DNA from: Picochlorum sp. SENEW3
Taxonomy: Eukaryota
DNA length: 64,000 bases
Reading direction: 5' to 3'
Assembly (NCBI GenBank): GCA_034226945.1
Contig: CP120455.1
Coordinates: forward strand, 806,001-870,000
Positions 25,558 through 37,401 of the stretch are shown here, piece by piece. How positions within the stretch are numbered: position 1 is the stretch's first letter; each line of letters starts with the position of its first letter. A program made the position numbers and the translations under genes. The notes under the pieces were generated by a model, which saw only the letters and a list, made by a program, of their open reading frames with translations, did not search any database and had not been told where the DNA came from.

Positions 25558-26821
25558 TTATTTTCCAACCAAAGCCCTGGTGCTTTCAATGATGTCATCC
25601 ACAGTTGGGAGAGCTGCTGCTTCCAAATCAACAGAATAAGGCATGGGCACTTCTACGCCAGTAATTCTTTCCGGGGGCGCATCCAAGTCATCAAAGCATT
25701 CTTCTGTAGCAATACTAATAATCTCGGACCCAATACCACTTTGTGGCCAACCTTCTTCGACTGATAACACGCGATGAGTCTTCCTGATGGATGCTGCAAT
25801 GCTCTCTCTATCTATTGGCTTCAGAGACCGCAAGTTCAACACCTCACAGGAAATACCCTCTTTTTCCAAAGCCTCTGATGCTTTCAGACAGAATCCAACC
25901 ATCTTTCCAAACGAGACCAGCGTAATGTCAGATCCTTCTCTCATAACCTTGGCCTTTCCAATTGGCAGCACATAGTCTTTTGATATGATTTCGTCTGTGA
26001 CTGGAAAAGATTCTCCATACAGAATCTCATTTTCTAATACGACCACTGGATCTGGATCCCGGATGGCTGCCTTCATAAGGCCTCGTGCGTCGTCACTGTC
26101 GTAAGGAGCAACCACTTTCAGGCCTGGAACTGAACTGTACCATGCAGCAAAGCACTGCGAGTGCTGAGCTCCGACTCCAGCTGCAGCACCATTTGGACCT
26201 CTAAAAACGATAGGACATCCAATTGCTCCAGCAGACATGTAGTAACTTTTCGCTGCAGAATTGATGATCTGATCAATTGCTTGCATAGAGAAATTGAAGG
26301 TCATGAATTCCAAAACAGGCTTCAAACCCTGCATAGCAGCTCCACAAGCAATACCTGTGAACCCTATCTCTGTGATAGGAGTATCTTTGACTCTCTTTGG
26401 TCCATATTTCTGCAGTAATCCCCTTGTAATCTTGTATGCCCCTTGGTATTCTGCAACCTCTTCTCCCATGACAAAGACCTTGTCATCTCTCTCCATTTCC
26501 TCATCTATTGCTGAGTTTAGCGCATCTCTTACTGTCATCTACATCAGATAAGACATAGAAAAGATCATTAAGCAAACACTTGAATATATATATCCCACTG
26601 TTACAGGGGAACCTATCGACGTCAGGCAGGGCAAGATGCATTTACACGTACCTGACCCGAGGCGAAAGTCCTGACAAATTCTCTCTGCAATGTCGATTCC
26701 TGAAAATAAAATACATTATTAATAGATATATCAGGAAGATCGAACTAATCGTGGTGCTCACAGCCAAACATACCTTGCCGCACCGCAGTGCTAAGGCTCC
26801 AAAACGCGATAGACCCCACAT
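25558..26821 (-). CDS. PDHB: Pyruvate dehydrogenase E1 beta subunit, mitochondrial
   Basis: [55 protein letters not shown]. Confidence 0.96.
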
Positions 26822-27136
26822 CCTATCCGAGACAGATTGTCACTTCAACCCCACCAAACAGGTATTAGGTTTTTCTGTAAATTAAGTGTCATAATCATTC
26901 CGTGGTAACCCGAGGGATGGGGGATTGCCCGACAGGATGCCCATCTAGTGACCTCCGCTGTGTTTTCCCATTGAATGGTTGCGAGACGGGAGACCTCGTG
27001 TGGCATGAGCGAGAAATATACCTTCCCATCAAAGGTGGCATTTAGTGGGAGTATTGCTGCTGATCCTGTCGACATGAACCCGTGCAACAAAGCAGAGTAC
27101 AAATATATCTGAGACGAGAAAAAAAATTCAGAGAAA

Positions 27137-28122
27137 ATGGGAATCTCAGAAGGGGATATCATTAACGCCCTTGATGCGAGGAAAGATTACATCCTGGGGA
27201 ATCTCGAGTACGGTTGAAATTTGAAATTCCTTGACAGCTTATTTTGTCCCTTTTGCCATTGATATATGTCCGATATCTTGATCTATGCAGGAATGTAACT
27301 CTTAAAGCCCTGAGAAAGGATCTGGAGAGCGATCTTGGACTGGAAAAGGATGCTCTAAAACCGTGGAAGAGTGTAGTTTCAACTTTCGTCGATAAGGTAG
27401 GTTTGTGGTGGCGGTATCTTATGTGTATTTATCAATTTTAGAAAGGTTGTGAATCGTTTCTGAGGACACACTACTTGTCTGCAGTTGTTGTCTCAGACGA
27501 AGACCAAGGCACCCGAGGCTGTTGAGAAAGTAGAGGCCGAGAAAGAAGTGAAGAAATCGCAACAAGATAAGAAGGGCCGTGAATTTTCGGCCAGATTTCT
27601 GAGAATGAGGAATATCTGCAAAATGGCAACCATCACTGTACCAGTTTCGGTGTATAGAAAGAGCAACACTGATCAGGATATGGAGAATGAAATTCTGGAC
27701 TTGTTGAAGAAGAATGGCCTCGAAGAAAAGCCTGGAAAGGCAGCAATTTTGGAAGTGAAAGAGAAATTGCAGCTTCAAAGGGATCTTGACGGCATTGATA
27801 CGAGCAACATTATAGAAGATGGCCCTCGGTCCAGAAGAAGGCAAGCAACTGCCAGGTAATGATTCTCTTGTGTAATATATTGATAGCGTAGCCCATTTTC
27901 CTCTGATATTCTTTGTTTTATTTGTGCAGATGTTTGAAGGAAGCATCAGTTTCAGAAGAAGATGAAGAGGACTCAGTGGAAGAGGACGAAGACTCCTCTG
28001 AAGCCTCAGGCAATGATCCTGAGGACAGTGTGTTCACAGCTGCCGTCGACGATCAGGAGGATCCCCCTAGTACGATGAAATCGAAACGCCCGAAACTCGT
28101 CGTATCCAGTGATGAAGAGTGA
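27137..28122 (+). CDS. HIRIP3-like histone chaperone (DEK-C-like N-terminus, CHZ motif, acidic tail)
   Basis: VTLKALRKDLESDLGL..LKPWK; LQRDLDGIDTSNII..RSRR (CHZ motif); acidic C-terminus. Confidence 0.7.
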
Positions 28123-28314
28123 ACAAAGCATTTATAAATCATTGCATTGATCGAATGTGACAGGCCTACCTATCACTCGAATGCCATGAATTGAAACAAA
28201 CAAATTTTACAGTCAATGTAACCGGTACATAATAAACATATACACAATAATAGTCATTTTTTGAATTAGAAGTGAAAAAGATGGAAATCTAGCTAATATC
28301 TCGAACGTGCTGTC

Positions 28315-30401
28315 ATGGAAAGAGTCAACAAGTTTTCCAACCTTCAGCAGTGGTGCAGTTTACGTCCAATTGTCGCCGCTCAAGGTATCAAAAGAACGAT
28401 CAAGCAATCATTTTCGTCTAAGGGTTCAAATCATGCTACATCGCTTGGGAAGGAAAGAGCGTATCGAAATTTCGACTACTCTGCATTCAAATCTTGTGTC
28501 TGGGACTTGGAGCAGCGATTTTTGCCTTCCAGGGTTGAAAGCGTTGTGCAATATCGTGAGCAGTCCCTCGCATTGAAGCTTAGGACGGTCACGGATATTA
28601 AGTGGCTGAGTATTAGCTGGAACCCTGATCTAGCTCATATTGGAACCAGAGAGTTGGAGCCAAGAAGGGGCTCTGCATCTGAGGCATTTACATTCGGGGA
28701 TGCCGTCCAAAGGAATTTGAGGGGCATGATTCTAAACGGCGTCTCAATGCCAGAAATGTGGGAGCGCGTTGCAAAGCTGTCTTTCGGTGAACGAGCAGAT
28801 GATTTTCCAAGATATTATCTGTATGTTGAGATTATGAACAAGCATAGCAACGTAGTGCTATGTAATGAAGACAATGATATATTACTTGCTGCAAATCAGA
28901 TTGGTTCTAAAAAGTCTTCTCAAAGATTAGTTCAGATTAAAAAGAAGTACAGTCTTCCCCCTAGTCCAACAGGGTTGTCCCCAGATGACTACACATCTTT
29001 TGAAGACTTCAAAACAAGCATCTTATCTTATGCCTCTCGTAGTGACAACAAAAGATTAGATTATTGCCTTTCAAGATGTTTTATGGGCGTTGGCCCGACG
29101 ATGGCTAGGGAAATAGCTACGAAGGCAGGACTGGCACAGGAAAGTGATGCTGCATCACTGGATTCATCTTCATGGACCAGGTTTCACGCGGAGTGGGCCC
29201 ATTGGATCACTTCAGTAGTTCAGAATAATTTTAATTGTGGGTATTTGAATGACAAGGAGTCTCTAACTGTCTTTCACTCACAGGATGGTACTCAATTAGA
29301 TTCCTCACCTCTACAATTTTTTGGAGACTATTATTCTGCCTACTCTGAGAGGGACGAAGCATGTAGGGTACGAGGTTCCATTTTGATTCTACATTGAAGT
29401 TACTTCACGTAAAATATAATAAAATGTCTCTTCTGCGTATGTAGATGCTCAGCATGCTAAGAAAGACAGTCAAGAGTCAACATCTCAAAGTCACTAAGAA
29501 GTTAGCATCTCTTGAAAATCAACTAGATTCTTCAGATGCAGCTGAAGCAACTAAACTATTAGGAGATCTTGTTATGTGCAATTTGCATAAAATAAAGGCA
29601 GGAGCAGCAGAAGTTGAAGTGGACAATTGGGAGACAGGCAACAAAGAAGTGATCAAACTTGATCCCACAATGTCTGGAGTGGAAAATGCCGAAGCATTGT
29701 ATAAGAAGGCTAGTAAGCTAAGGCGAGGGTCGTCAAAAATTTTGCCACTGATCGAGTCTTGCAAAGGCGACATGGCGTATCTGGAAGATACCGAAGTCCT
29801 TCTAGAAAGATTGGAGGGAGGGGCTGCTGATGAAGGGATTGCTTTACTGAATCAGATTGAATCAGAGCTAGTTCAGCAAGGTTTCATGAAAAAGAAGAGC
29901 ATTCATGTCCTCAAAGAAAAGTCACAAAAGAAGGCAAAAAAGGCTTCAAAATCTGTTTCATCAGACTACAGACGGCTCAAATCACCAAATGGATTCAACA
30001 TACTTGTCGGAAGGAGCAGTCAGCAGAATGATGAAATAACAATGCGCTTGGCGAAGCCTGGAGATATCTGGATGCATGCGAGAGGTTTTCCAGGTGCCCA
30101 TGTCCTCCTCAGGTGCTCTCCTTCACAATCTGTTGAAAATACTGATTTGGAGTTTGCAGCAAATTTAGCAGCATATTATAGTAAAGGAGCAAATTTAGCA
30201 AAAGTCGATGTCATCATGGCAGATAAAAAGGATATTTCTAAACCCAGTACGACATTTCTGTCATGAGTATCATTTTGTTGAAAATGTTTCAAAGATGTTC
30301 TTTCATGGATTGTTGCAGAGGGGGCAAAGCCTGGCCAAGTTTTGGTGAAAAAAGAGAGGGTGATTGTTGCCACTCCAGCTTCAATCACTACCGATGAATA
30401 A
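28315..30401 (+). CDS. rqcH: Bacterial-type RqcH/Rqc2 (NFACT/FbpA) ribosome quality-control factor with N-terminal targeting extension, 3 exons
   Basis: NFDY..LPSRVESVVQ, WERVAKLSF, LYVEIMNKHSNVVL, LDPTMSGVENAEALYKKASKLRRG, ILVGRSSQQND, WMHARGFPGAHV (NFACT-R). Confidence 0.88.
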
Positions 30402-30438
30402 TATCAAAATGTTAATTACACGGGGTTGAAGGGGGAAT

Positions 30439-32343
30439 TTATGCCGCAACAGCTGTTTTAGACTTGACACCTACTTTTGCATGCCTGATAAGATCCTCAA
30501 TCACCTCAGATACGGTTGGATGAGCATGAACGGCGAATGTCAAATCCTGGACTGGAATCTTCATAGAAATTGCGTTCGAGAATTCGTGAATGAGATCCGC
30601 AGCATGCAGGCCAATCAGATGGACACCAAGAATTTCTCCAGTATCCTTTCTGTAAATCAATTTGCCCATGCCATCTCCCTCAATCTCAGCAAGAGCTTTT
30701 GAGTTTCCTTTGAAATAGGTCTTTGCAACCTCTACCTTGTCTGCATAACCACCTTTCTCTGCTGCTTCGCGGGCAGCATCTTCGGTCACGCCGACAAAAG
30801 AAACTTCTGGATGAGTGAAGCATGCAGCTGGGATAGAGTTGTGATCCAACACATGAGGGTTTCCACACATGTTCTCAACGGCGCTGATTCCTTGAGCAGA
30901 TGCAGCATGAGCAAGCATGTACTTTCCATTGGCATCACCAATGCAGAACACGTTGCTTATAGCCTTGCCATTCTTGTCAAGGACCTGCATCTTTTCGTTT
31001 ACTGGCACAAAGCCTCTACGATCAGTTTCCACGTTGATCTCCTTCAGGCCAAGACCATTTGTATACGGGGCTCTTCCAGTAGCCACAAGAACAGCATCGA
31101 CCTCCAGCTCGTCCACCTTTTCTTTTGTGTTGAAATCCGTCAGTTCAACAGTGACAGGCTTCACACCAGGAACCCCTGGTGTCACTTTTGTGGCAAGCAC
31201 ATTTGTATGGAAGTCAATGTTGCGCCCATTGATCAACAAGCGCTGCGCCAGCTTGGCAATTTCTTTGTCAAAACCAGGCATGATATTTGGAAGGGCCTCG
31301 ATGAAAGTCACCTCGCTACCGAGAGCAGTGTACACATCGGAAAACTCTAGTCCAATATACCCTGAGCCAATGATTGCCACCCATTCTGGAATCCACTCCA
31401 TTTTCAACGCATGATCAGATGTGAAGACAGTCTTTCCATCTATCTCAATTCCTGGTGGAACAAAAGGAACAGATCCTGTGCCGATGATGATGTTCTTGGC
31501 TGTCACATTACCACCCACATCAACTCTTCCTGGCAAGCTGTATTTGACGGTATGAGCATCAACAAATTTACCCTGTCCAATCAAAATATCAACACCAATG
31601 GCCTCAAGCGATCTCTGCAAATTACCTTGGATGGTATTTGCAAGATTCTTTGCATGGTTTGCAATCTTCTCCCTCTCGAAGTTCACATTATCCACCTGAA
31701 TACCAAGAGATTTCATATGATGCTCATCCTTGAGCTTGCGAACCTGACCAGCTGCAGCAAGTAATGCCTTTGAAGGAACACATCCTCGGTTCACACAGGT
31801 ACCTCCAATGTCATGGCCTTCAATAACAGCTACTTTCAGTCCCTGCATATTTGCAAAAGAATACACTCAATCGCGCACTATCCCCCGGGGTTTTCCCATT
31901 TCCTCGAAATTATGATATGAAAAAAGGCAAATAGCAACCACCCACCTTGTCTACTGCATGGAGAGCAGCCCCGTGCCCTCCCACACCAGCACCAATGATC
32001 ACCAAGTCGTAGTCATATCCTCCAGAAGAGTTCGATCCAGATTTCTGAGACCCAGCATTTACAACAGTAATTGGCGCGCATCTACATAAACATATTGTCC
32101 AACCATTACGCCAAAGATCAACATTGGGCGGAGTTCAATGCGGAGTCAACACTCCCAAAACAGCAACAAAATGAGCGATCGATAAGCCATGTACCTTTCA
32201 GATCTCTGAATAACCTTGCCGATTTCCGTATTTCTGGTAGAAATACCACGAATCACTGGGAGTCGAGCAAACTGAGGGGTCGCTTTGGCTGAGCCAACAC
32301 CCCTGCATACATTGACGCGACCGAGCGATGCAATTGCCTTCAT
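30439..32343 (-). CDS. LPD: Dihydrolipoamide dehydrogenase, plastidic (cyanobacterial-type)
   Basis: [58 protein letters not shown]; transit peptide. Confidence 0.95.
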
Positions 32344-32548
32344 CGTGGACAATTTTAAATATTAAAGATAATAATTAATGGAATCCGTCTGTGTCAGGGG
32401 CAATGTACAGGCGGTGTTTCATGGCGGATGACATCTGATCTCCAAAGGCAGTCCGGACTGGATCCACTGCATCTTTCTGGTTGCGAAAGTCGCATGAGGC
32501 ATGAAGGAGCCTCATAAATTAATATTACGATTTGATAGATCTGAAAGG

Positions 32549-32831
32549 ATGTCAGAGCGACGATATGTACATGTGCGCGTGTTGAAGAGAGAGCCAGTTG
32601 CATTCAAGGATGCAGCGGAATTGGTCAAAGGAATGGTCACAAATGTGCGTCTATAGCATGCTATTCCAATTCATATGATGTATATAATACTTTTATGTTT
32701 ATTTGTTTCAGGAAGACACAGCTCTGCCCTCAAATGAGACCCAAACGTTGCTACGAATTGCAGCTTCTCTGGAAGAACTGGAGCAGCTCAAGCTTGCTCC
32801 AATCGATTCTGGCATTCCCAAGGTTGGTTGA
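32549..32831 (+). CDS. Small 71-aa spliced protein, possibly RNA polymerase I subunit A14-like; exons 32549-32644 and 32712-32831; absent from ORF track
   Basis: MSERRYVHVRVLKREPVAFKDAAELVKGMVTN|EDTALPSNETQTLLRIAASLEELEQLKLAPIDSGIPKVG*; phase-0 gtgcgt..tttcag AT-rich intron. Confidence 0.6.
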
Positions 32832-32855
32832 ATACAGAATATATTATTTATATAC

Positions 32856-34079
32856 CTATGATCCACGGAAAAATGGGGTTTTACCCCCCTTTTTTTTGGC
32901 TTCTTTCACCTTTTCCATCCGTTTTCTGAATGCTGTTGGAATATCTTCTCCTTCATAGCTTTTCACCACAGCACGAACATCTGGAACATTCGTCCTAACA
33001 ATTGCTTCAAGGAAAGGAAGCATATCCAAAAGAGTAGTATCATCCTTGTTATCTGTTTTCCATTTCGCTAGTTTGATGGCATTCCCTGGCTGAAGGGAAT
33101 ATGCATCTGTATCTGCTGTAATCATAAGAACTTGTTTCAGGTCTCGATTCAACTTTGATAAATCTCTGACATGCTTTCCATTGATATAGTTGGTAGAATC
33201 TCGATACAAACGGTATTGAATCATTCTATGAGGGTCCAGTCTGTCCAAAATTGGGTCTGCATATGTTGGCAGTTGTGATGTATACACCACAAGTTCAAAA
33301 TACTGCGCCATGTCTTTGATAAACTCTTCAGCACCAGGGCGTTTGAATGTCCTCCAACCACGTCCTCTCGTCCAGTCTGAATGGATGAGCACGTCATCCA
33401 AGTCTAACACGAGCGTCTTAATATGCCTAGCTTGGGGAGGCAAATCTGGTAACAGTTTATCTGAGGGAGGGTCCGCATACTTCTTCATTTCATTTTCAAG
33501 ATACATTCTATAATCAACGTAGTGTCGCATCACATAGTTCCAAATCTGCAAGAAATAGTTGGCAGTCACATTCATGATCATGTACAGTTGAACACTCAAA
33601 CAGAGAACATACAGAGAAAGACCCATCTCCAGCCTTCTCAGATTCCTCCACCATGTTTTCCACCTCATCTGCACTATATCTGTACTGATAGTACCCTACA
33701 AAAGCACCGGTGCCGAGGAATCCATACAGCAATGCATTCCCCACGAAGGACACAAGTCCCTGTGCTGGAGGTGAGTTTTCACTCTTCGTAGCAGCGCTAC
33801 TCACTTCTTTCGCCACCGATGCTCCTTCCTCAGGAATTGTTATATTCTGGAATAGCTTATCCCGTAAAGCATTCTCGCCCGATTCAGTTCCTGCTTTTGC
33901 CTCACCGCTGCACGTACAGAACATCGTGACGATGTTGCCCCTTCATTTTTTTGAGAAACACATTTGGATCGTTAAATGACACACCTTAAACATCTTGTAG
34001 ACGTCTCTGATGTAAACGTGGACAACCTTGACCGGACCTGGCGGTATGAGCGAAGGAAAACCCCTCGAATCAAAGTCAT
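32856..34079 (-). CDS. TIM50: Mitochondrial import inner-membrane translocase subunit TIM50
   Basis: Presequence, single TM, PPSDKLLPD..TLVLDLDDVLIHSDWTR.RGWRTFKRPG..HVRDLSKLNRDL (NIF/HAD-like domain). Confidence 0.93.
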
Positions 34080-34334
34080 TGCTCGTGTGAGTACAACACT
34101 ATATCAATTGATTACCATGAAATTATACCATGAAAAGACAGTATTGGGTGTTGATGGCTCTGTGGAGAGGTGGCTGCATTGTACAAAATGCACATCAGCT
34201 CAGCTGATGGAAATCTTGTGACTGCATGCAGTCAGACACTGATGTAGGCCACTGATGATATTGTGTCAGAGAAGACCCATTTGAAGCATAAATAATATGG
34301 GTTTAGACATGCGATGGGAATGTTGCTGAGATAG

Positions 34335-35390
34335 ATGTCATCGTTATCATACGCAGGGAATAAGAAGATGAGTTTGTCTGCCCAAATACAAGGACATTTG
34401 CTGGCCGGGCGTTGGTCATCACATTATTTAGGAATGCTATCCAGAAATGCATATATGTTGAAACTAATTTCAGTTAATGGCTCTGATGCGCCTAGAAGGG
34501 GAAATTTGTGCTTGCAGAAATCGGGACTCGGAACGTTGGATACAGCTGTGTTGGATCCTGGTCTGTATGTTGTGGGTACACCGATAGGTAACCTTGAAGA
34601 TATTAGCTTTCGAGCGATACGGACACTGAAAAGCGTGGATAGGATATTGTGTGAGGATACGAGACATACGCGGCAGCTGCTGAATCATTTTGATATCCAT
34701 GCAAGGACTGAAAGTTTTCACAAGCACAATGAGTTTCAGAAGCAGGGCAAGGTGATTGATGCATTGCGGCAAGGACAGGCAGTGGCTCTCGTGTCTGACG
34801 CAGGAATGCCAGGGATTAATGATCCTGGGTCTGGGATTATCGCGGAGGCAGCGCGACATGGCATAAATATTGTTCCAGTTCCAGGGCCATCTGCCTTCTT
34901 GTCAGCTGTATGTTGTTCTGGGTTATTGAGCGAGACATTTACGTACTGCGGGTTCGTGGCATCCAAGTCTTCTCAAAGAACAAAGCAGTTTGGACACTAT
35001 AAAAAACATCCCTCAACATTAGTATTCTATGTGTCTCCTCATGGTCTAGTTGAAGGTCTGAGAGATATGGTTGAGGTCTTTGGTGGAACAAGGCGTTGCT
35101 GTGTTGCACGAGAGATTACAAAGGTTCATGAGGAGTTTATACGATCTACTCTGAGTGAAGCTTTAGAAGAGTTTGAGGCAAGACAGCCACGCGGGGAGTT
35201 TACCCTCGTGGTCGAAGGATGTCAACAGGAAGAGGCACAGGAGATTACCGATGAGGCAATCCTTTCTGCACTAGAATTGGAAACGGCACGAGGGGCTACG
35301 CACTCCGCAGCTGCAAAACTAGTATCCCAGAGTTTAGAAATACCTCGAAAAAGAGTCTACGAGCTATCGCTTCAATTGAAAAACAGATAG
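34335..35390 (+). CDS. rsmI: 16S rRNA C1402 2'-O-methyltransferase RsmI, organelle-targeted
   Basis: LYVVGTPIGNLEDISFRA, CEDTRHT, LVSDAGMPGINDPG, AREITKVHEE, RGEFTLV; intronless. Confidence 0.93.
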   Translation: MSSLSYAGNKKMSLSAQIQGHLLAGRWSSHYLGMLSRNAYMLKLISVNGSDAPRRGNLCLQKSGLGTLDTAVLDPGLYVVGTPIGNLEDISFRAIRTLKSVDRILCEDTRHTRQLLNHFDIHARTESFHKHNEFQKQGKVIDALRQGQAVALVSDAGMPGINDPGSGIIAEAARHGINIVPVPGPSAFLSAVCCSGLLSETFTYCGFVASKSSQRTKQFGHYKKHPSTLVFYVSPHGLVEGLRDMVEVFGGTRRCCVAREITKVHEEFIRSTLSEALEEFEARQPRGEFTLVVEGCQQEEAQEITDEAILSALELETARGATHSAAAKLVSQSLEIPRKRVYELSLQLKNR

Positions 35391-35403
35391 AGCACATTTT
35401 GAA

Positions 35404-37249
35404 TCAAGCTTTGAACAATTTCAGAACACCCTCTTGGAAATAGCATGCCAATATGTTCTTGTGTGGGTGTAACTCCAACCCAATTGCTCTGTTGGATCCT
35501 GTTGCTGCGGTATTTATTAGCTTTCCTGTTTCTTTTTCAAAGCAATGTAAAGTTCCATTCTCAGTCAATGCAATCAGATAGTTGCCATGGTTGGAAATTC
35601 TGCATCTAACCACTGGTCCAGTGTCAGACCCTGTAACTTCATATGTCCTCACAAGATCACCTTTAACTGTCATCATATATACATGACATCCTGATTCGGC
35701 AACTATAATATGGCCTGGTTCGGATGGCAAAAAGAATGCCTCGATAACAGGTTTCCCCAGCTTAGATGCTTGGGGCCTACATGGGTGCACATATTTGTGA
35801 GGAGAAGAATAATTCGGTGCAGATAAAATTGAAGACGTACCTAAAACGAACTTGACAATCTGAGGAAGATACATTCCACAGGCAGACCGACGAATCAGCA
35901 CTAGTTGATAAAATAGACTGTTCATCTGGAGAAAAAACTGCTGAATGAACAAAGGATTCGTGACCTCTAAATTCCTTGAGCAATTTACCACTTTTAATAC
36001 CATGAATCCTGATCGTCCCATCAAATGACGAAGATAAAATCTTATTTTTCTCATTTGAAAACATGAGGGATGTGACTCCCTCCATATGCGCAGCTTCAAA
36101 TTTTCTCAAACACTGCCCATTTTGCAGCTTCCATACTTTAATTTCTCCATCTTTGCCGCCACTCGCCAATAGTTGGCCATCGTGCGATATTGCGACGCTA
36201 AGGACCGAGGATTCGTGGGTCATGAACTTTTCCGAAGCTTGATAGGCGAGGTCTGATTTCAAACTTCCTGTCCAAACATCCCACACTTCAATAAATCCAT
36301 CAGCGCTTCCAGTGACAAATCCTGTTCCATCAGGTAAAAACAAAGCACATTCAGGATAACTTTTTGCACCGAACTTGATCGTAATATCCTGCTGAGATGG
36401 AAATACGTCCTCATCATCTACTGAAGTTGGCACTTTGCCACTAAATATATCAAATGACGTGTTGGAGGGAATTAGCCCCTCTTGCCTTTGCCTGCGTATG
36501 AAAATATTGAATGTCAGCCTTGTTTTCTTATGGATATGCAATTTGTGATATTGAAGGATCGCACCATTTCATAGCTTGACCAAGTAAAACCATCAGCCTG
36601 GATGGTGGTACTGATCTAACTTCCGTCTGGAAAAGCTTCACAATCGCATCTCGTCGTTTCTGTCTTGAAGAACCCTGATACAGTAGCTTTGGATCAATCA
36701 GTGTACGGTTGCATACCTTCTCCAATGCTAGATAACGCTCAGGATCCTCAGATCTTAGGGCCATTAAAGCCTCTGACTGACGCAATAAAGCTCTAGCCGT
36801 CTCAACTTCCCGCAATTCTACCATTTCCAACACTATTTGCTCATGTAGCGCTTCCAACTTTTTGACAGGTATCTGCAAATCGGCCACTTCCAAAAGAACT
36901 TTGTCCCATTTTCCCTGTTTAATATCATCTATGAAAGAGTCCACACTCTCCACTGTATTCAAACTCACTCCGCATTCTTTCTATAGTTACAAGAGGATAC
37001 AATATGAGAATGCACTGATAGAAAAACAGCAAACAATAGACAATGCTCCTCGCACAGACAAGGCAAAGTTGTACACACCTGGAGAGTTCTGAAAGACTCT
37101 TGCAAGTCATTCTCCTTGCAAAATTGAAGTATAACCTTAATCACGCTGCAGTAAATGATACAAAAGCATCACTACAATGAATCTTTAAGCTTTGCATCAT
37201 AGTAAAACAAGGGAACGCACTCAGCTGCTTCGATTTCAACAGAAGTCAT
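35404..37249 (-). CDS. SMU1: WD40 splicing factor SMU1 (LisH/CTLH + WD40)
   Basis: MTSVEIEAAD|VIKVILQFCKEN..VSLNTVES, EQIVLEMVELRE, VPPSRLMVLLGQAMKW, GSADGFIEVWD, LLKEFRGH. Confidence 0.93.
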
Positions 37250-37401
37250 GGTCGTCTGCTTTTCGCTCCTGTCATAAGAAACTGCCAATGATTCTTTACA
37301 GTGAGATCATTTTGAAAGTATTTAATGTCCTGATCATCATAATAGCATGGCAGGAAATCCCTACAAGCTTCAGCAGAAAATTGGCATGGTACCGTATTCT
37401 T

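Noticed and set aside
28315..35390. Cluster of bacterial-like genes (RqcH, LPD, RsmI) as contamination or a recent horizontal-transfer island
   Set aside because: They carry spliceosomal introns and/or N-terminal targeting extensions and are interleaved with eukaryotic genes, consistent with endosymbiotic origin
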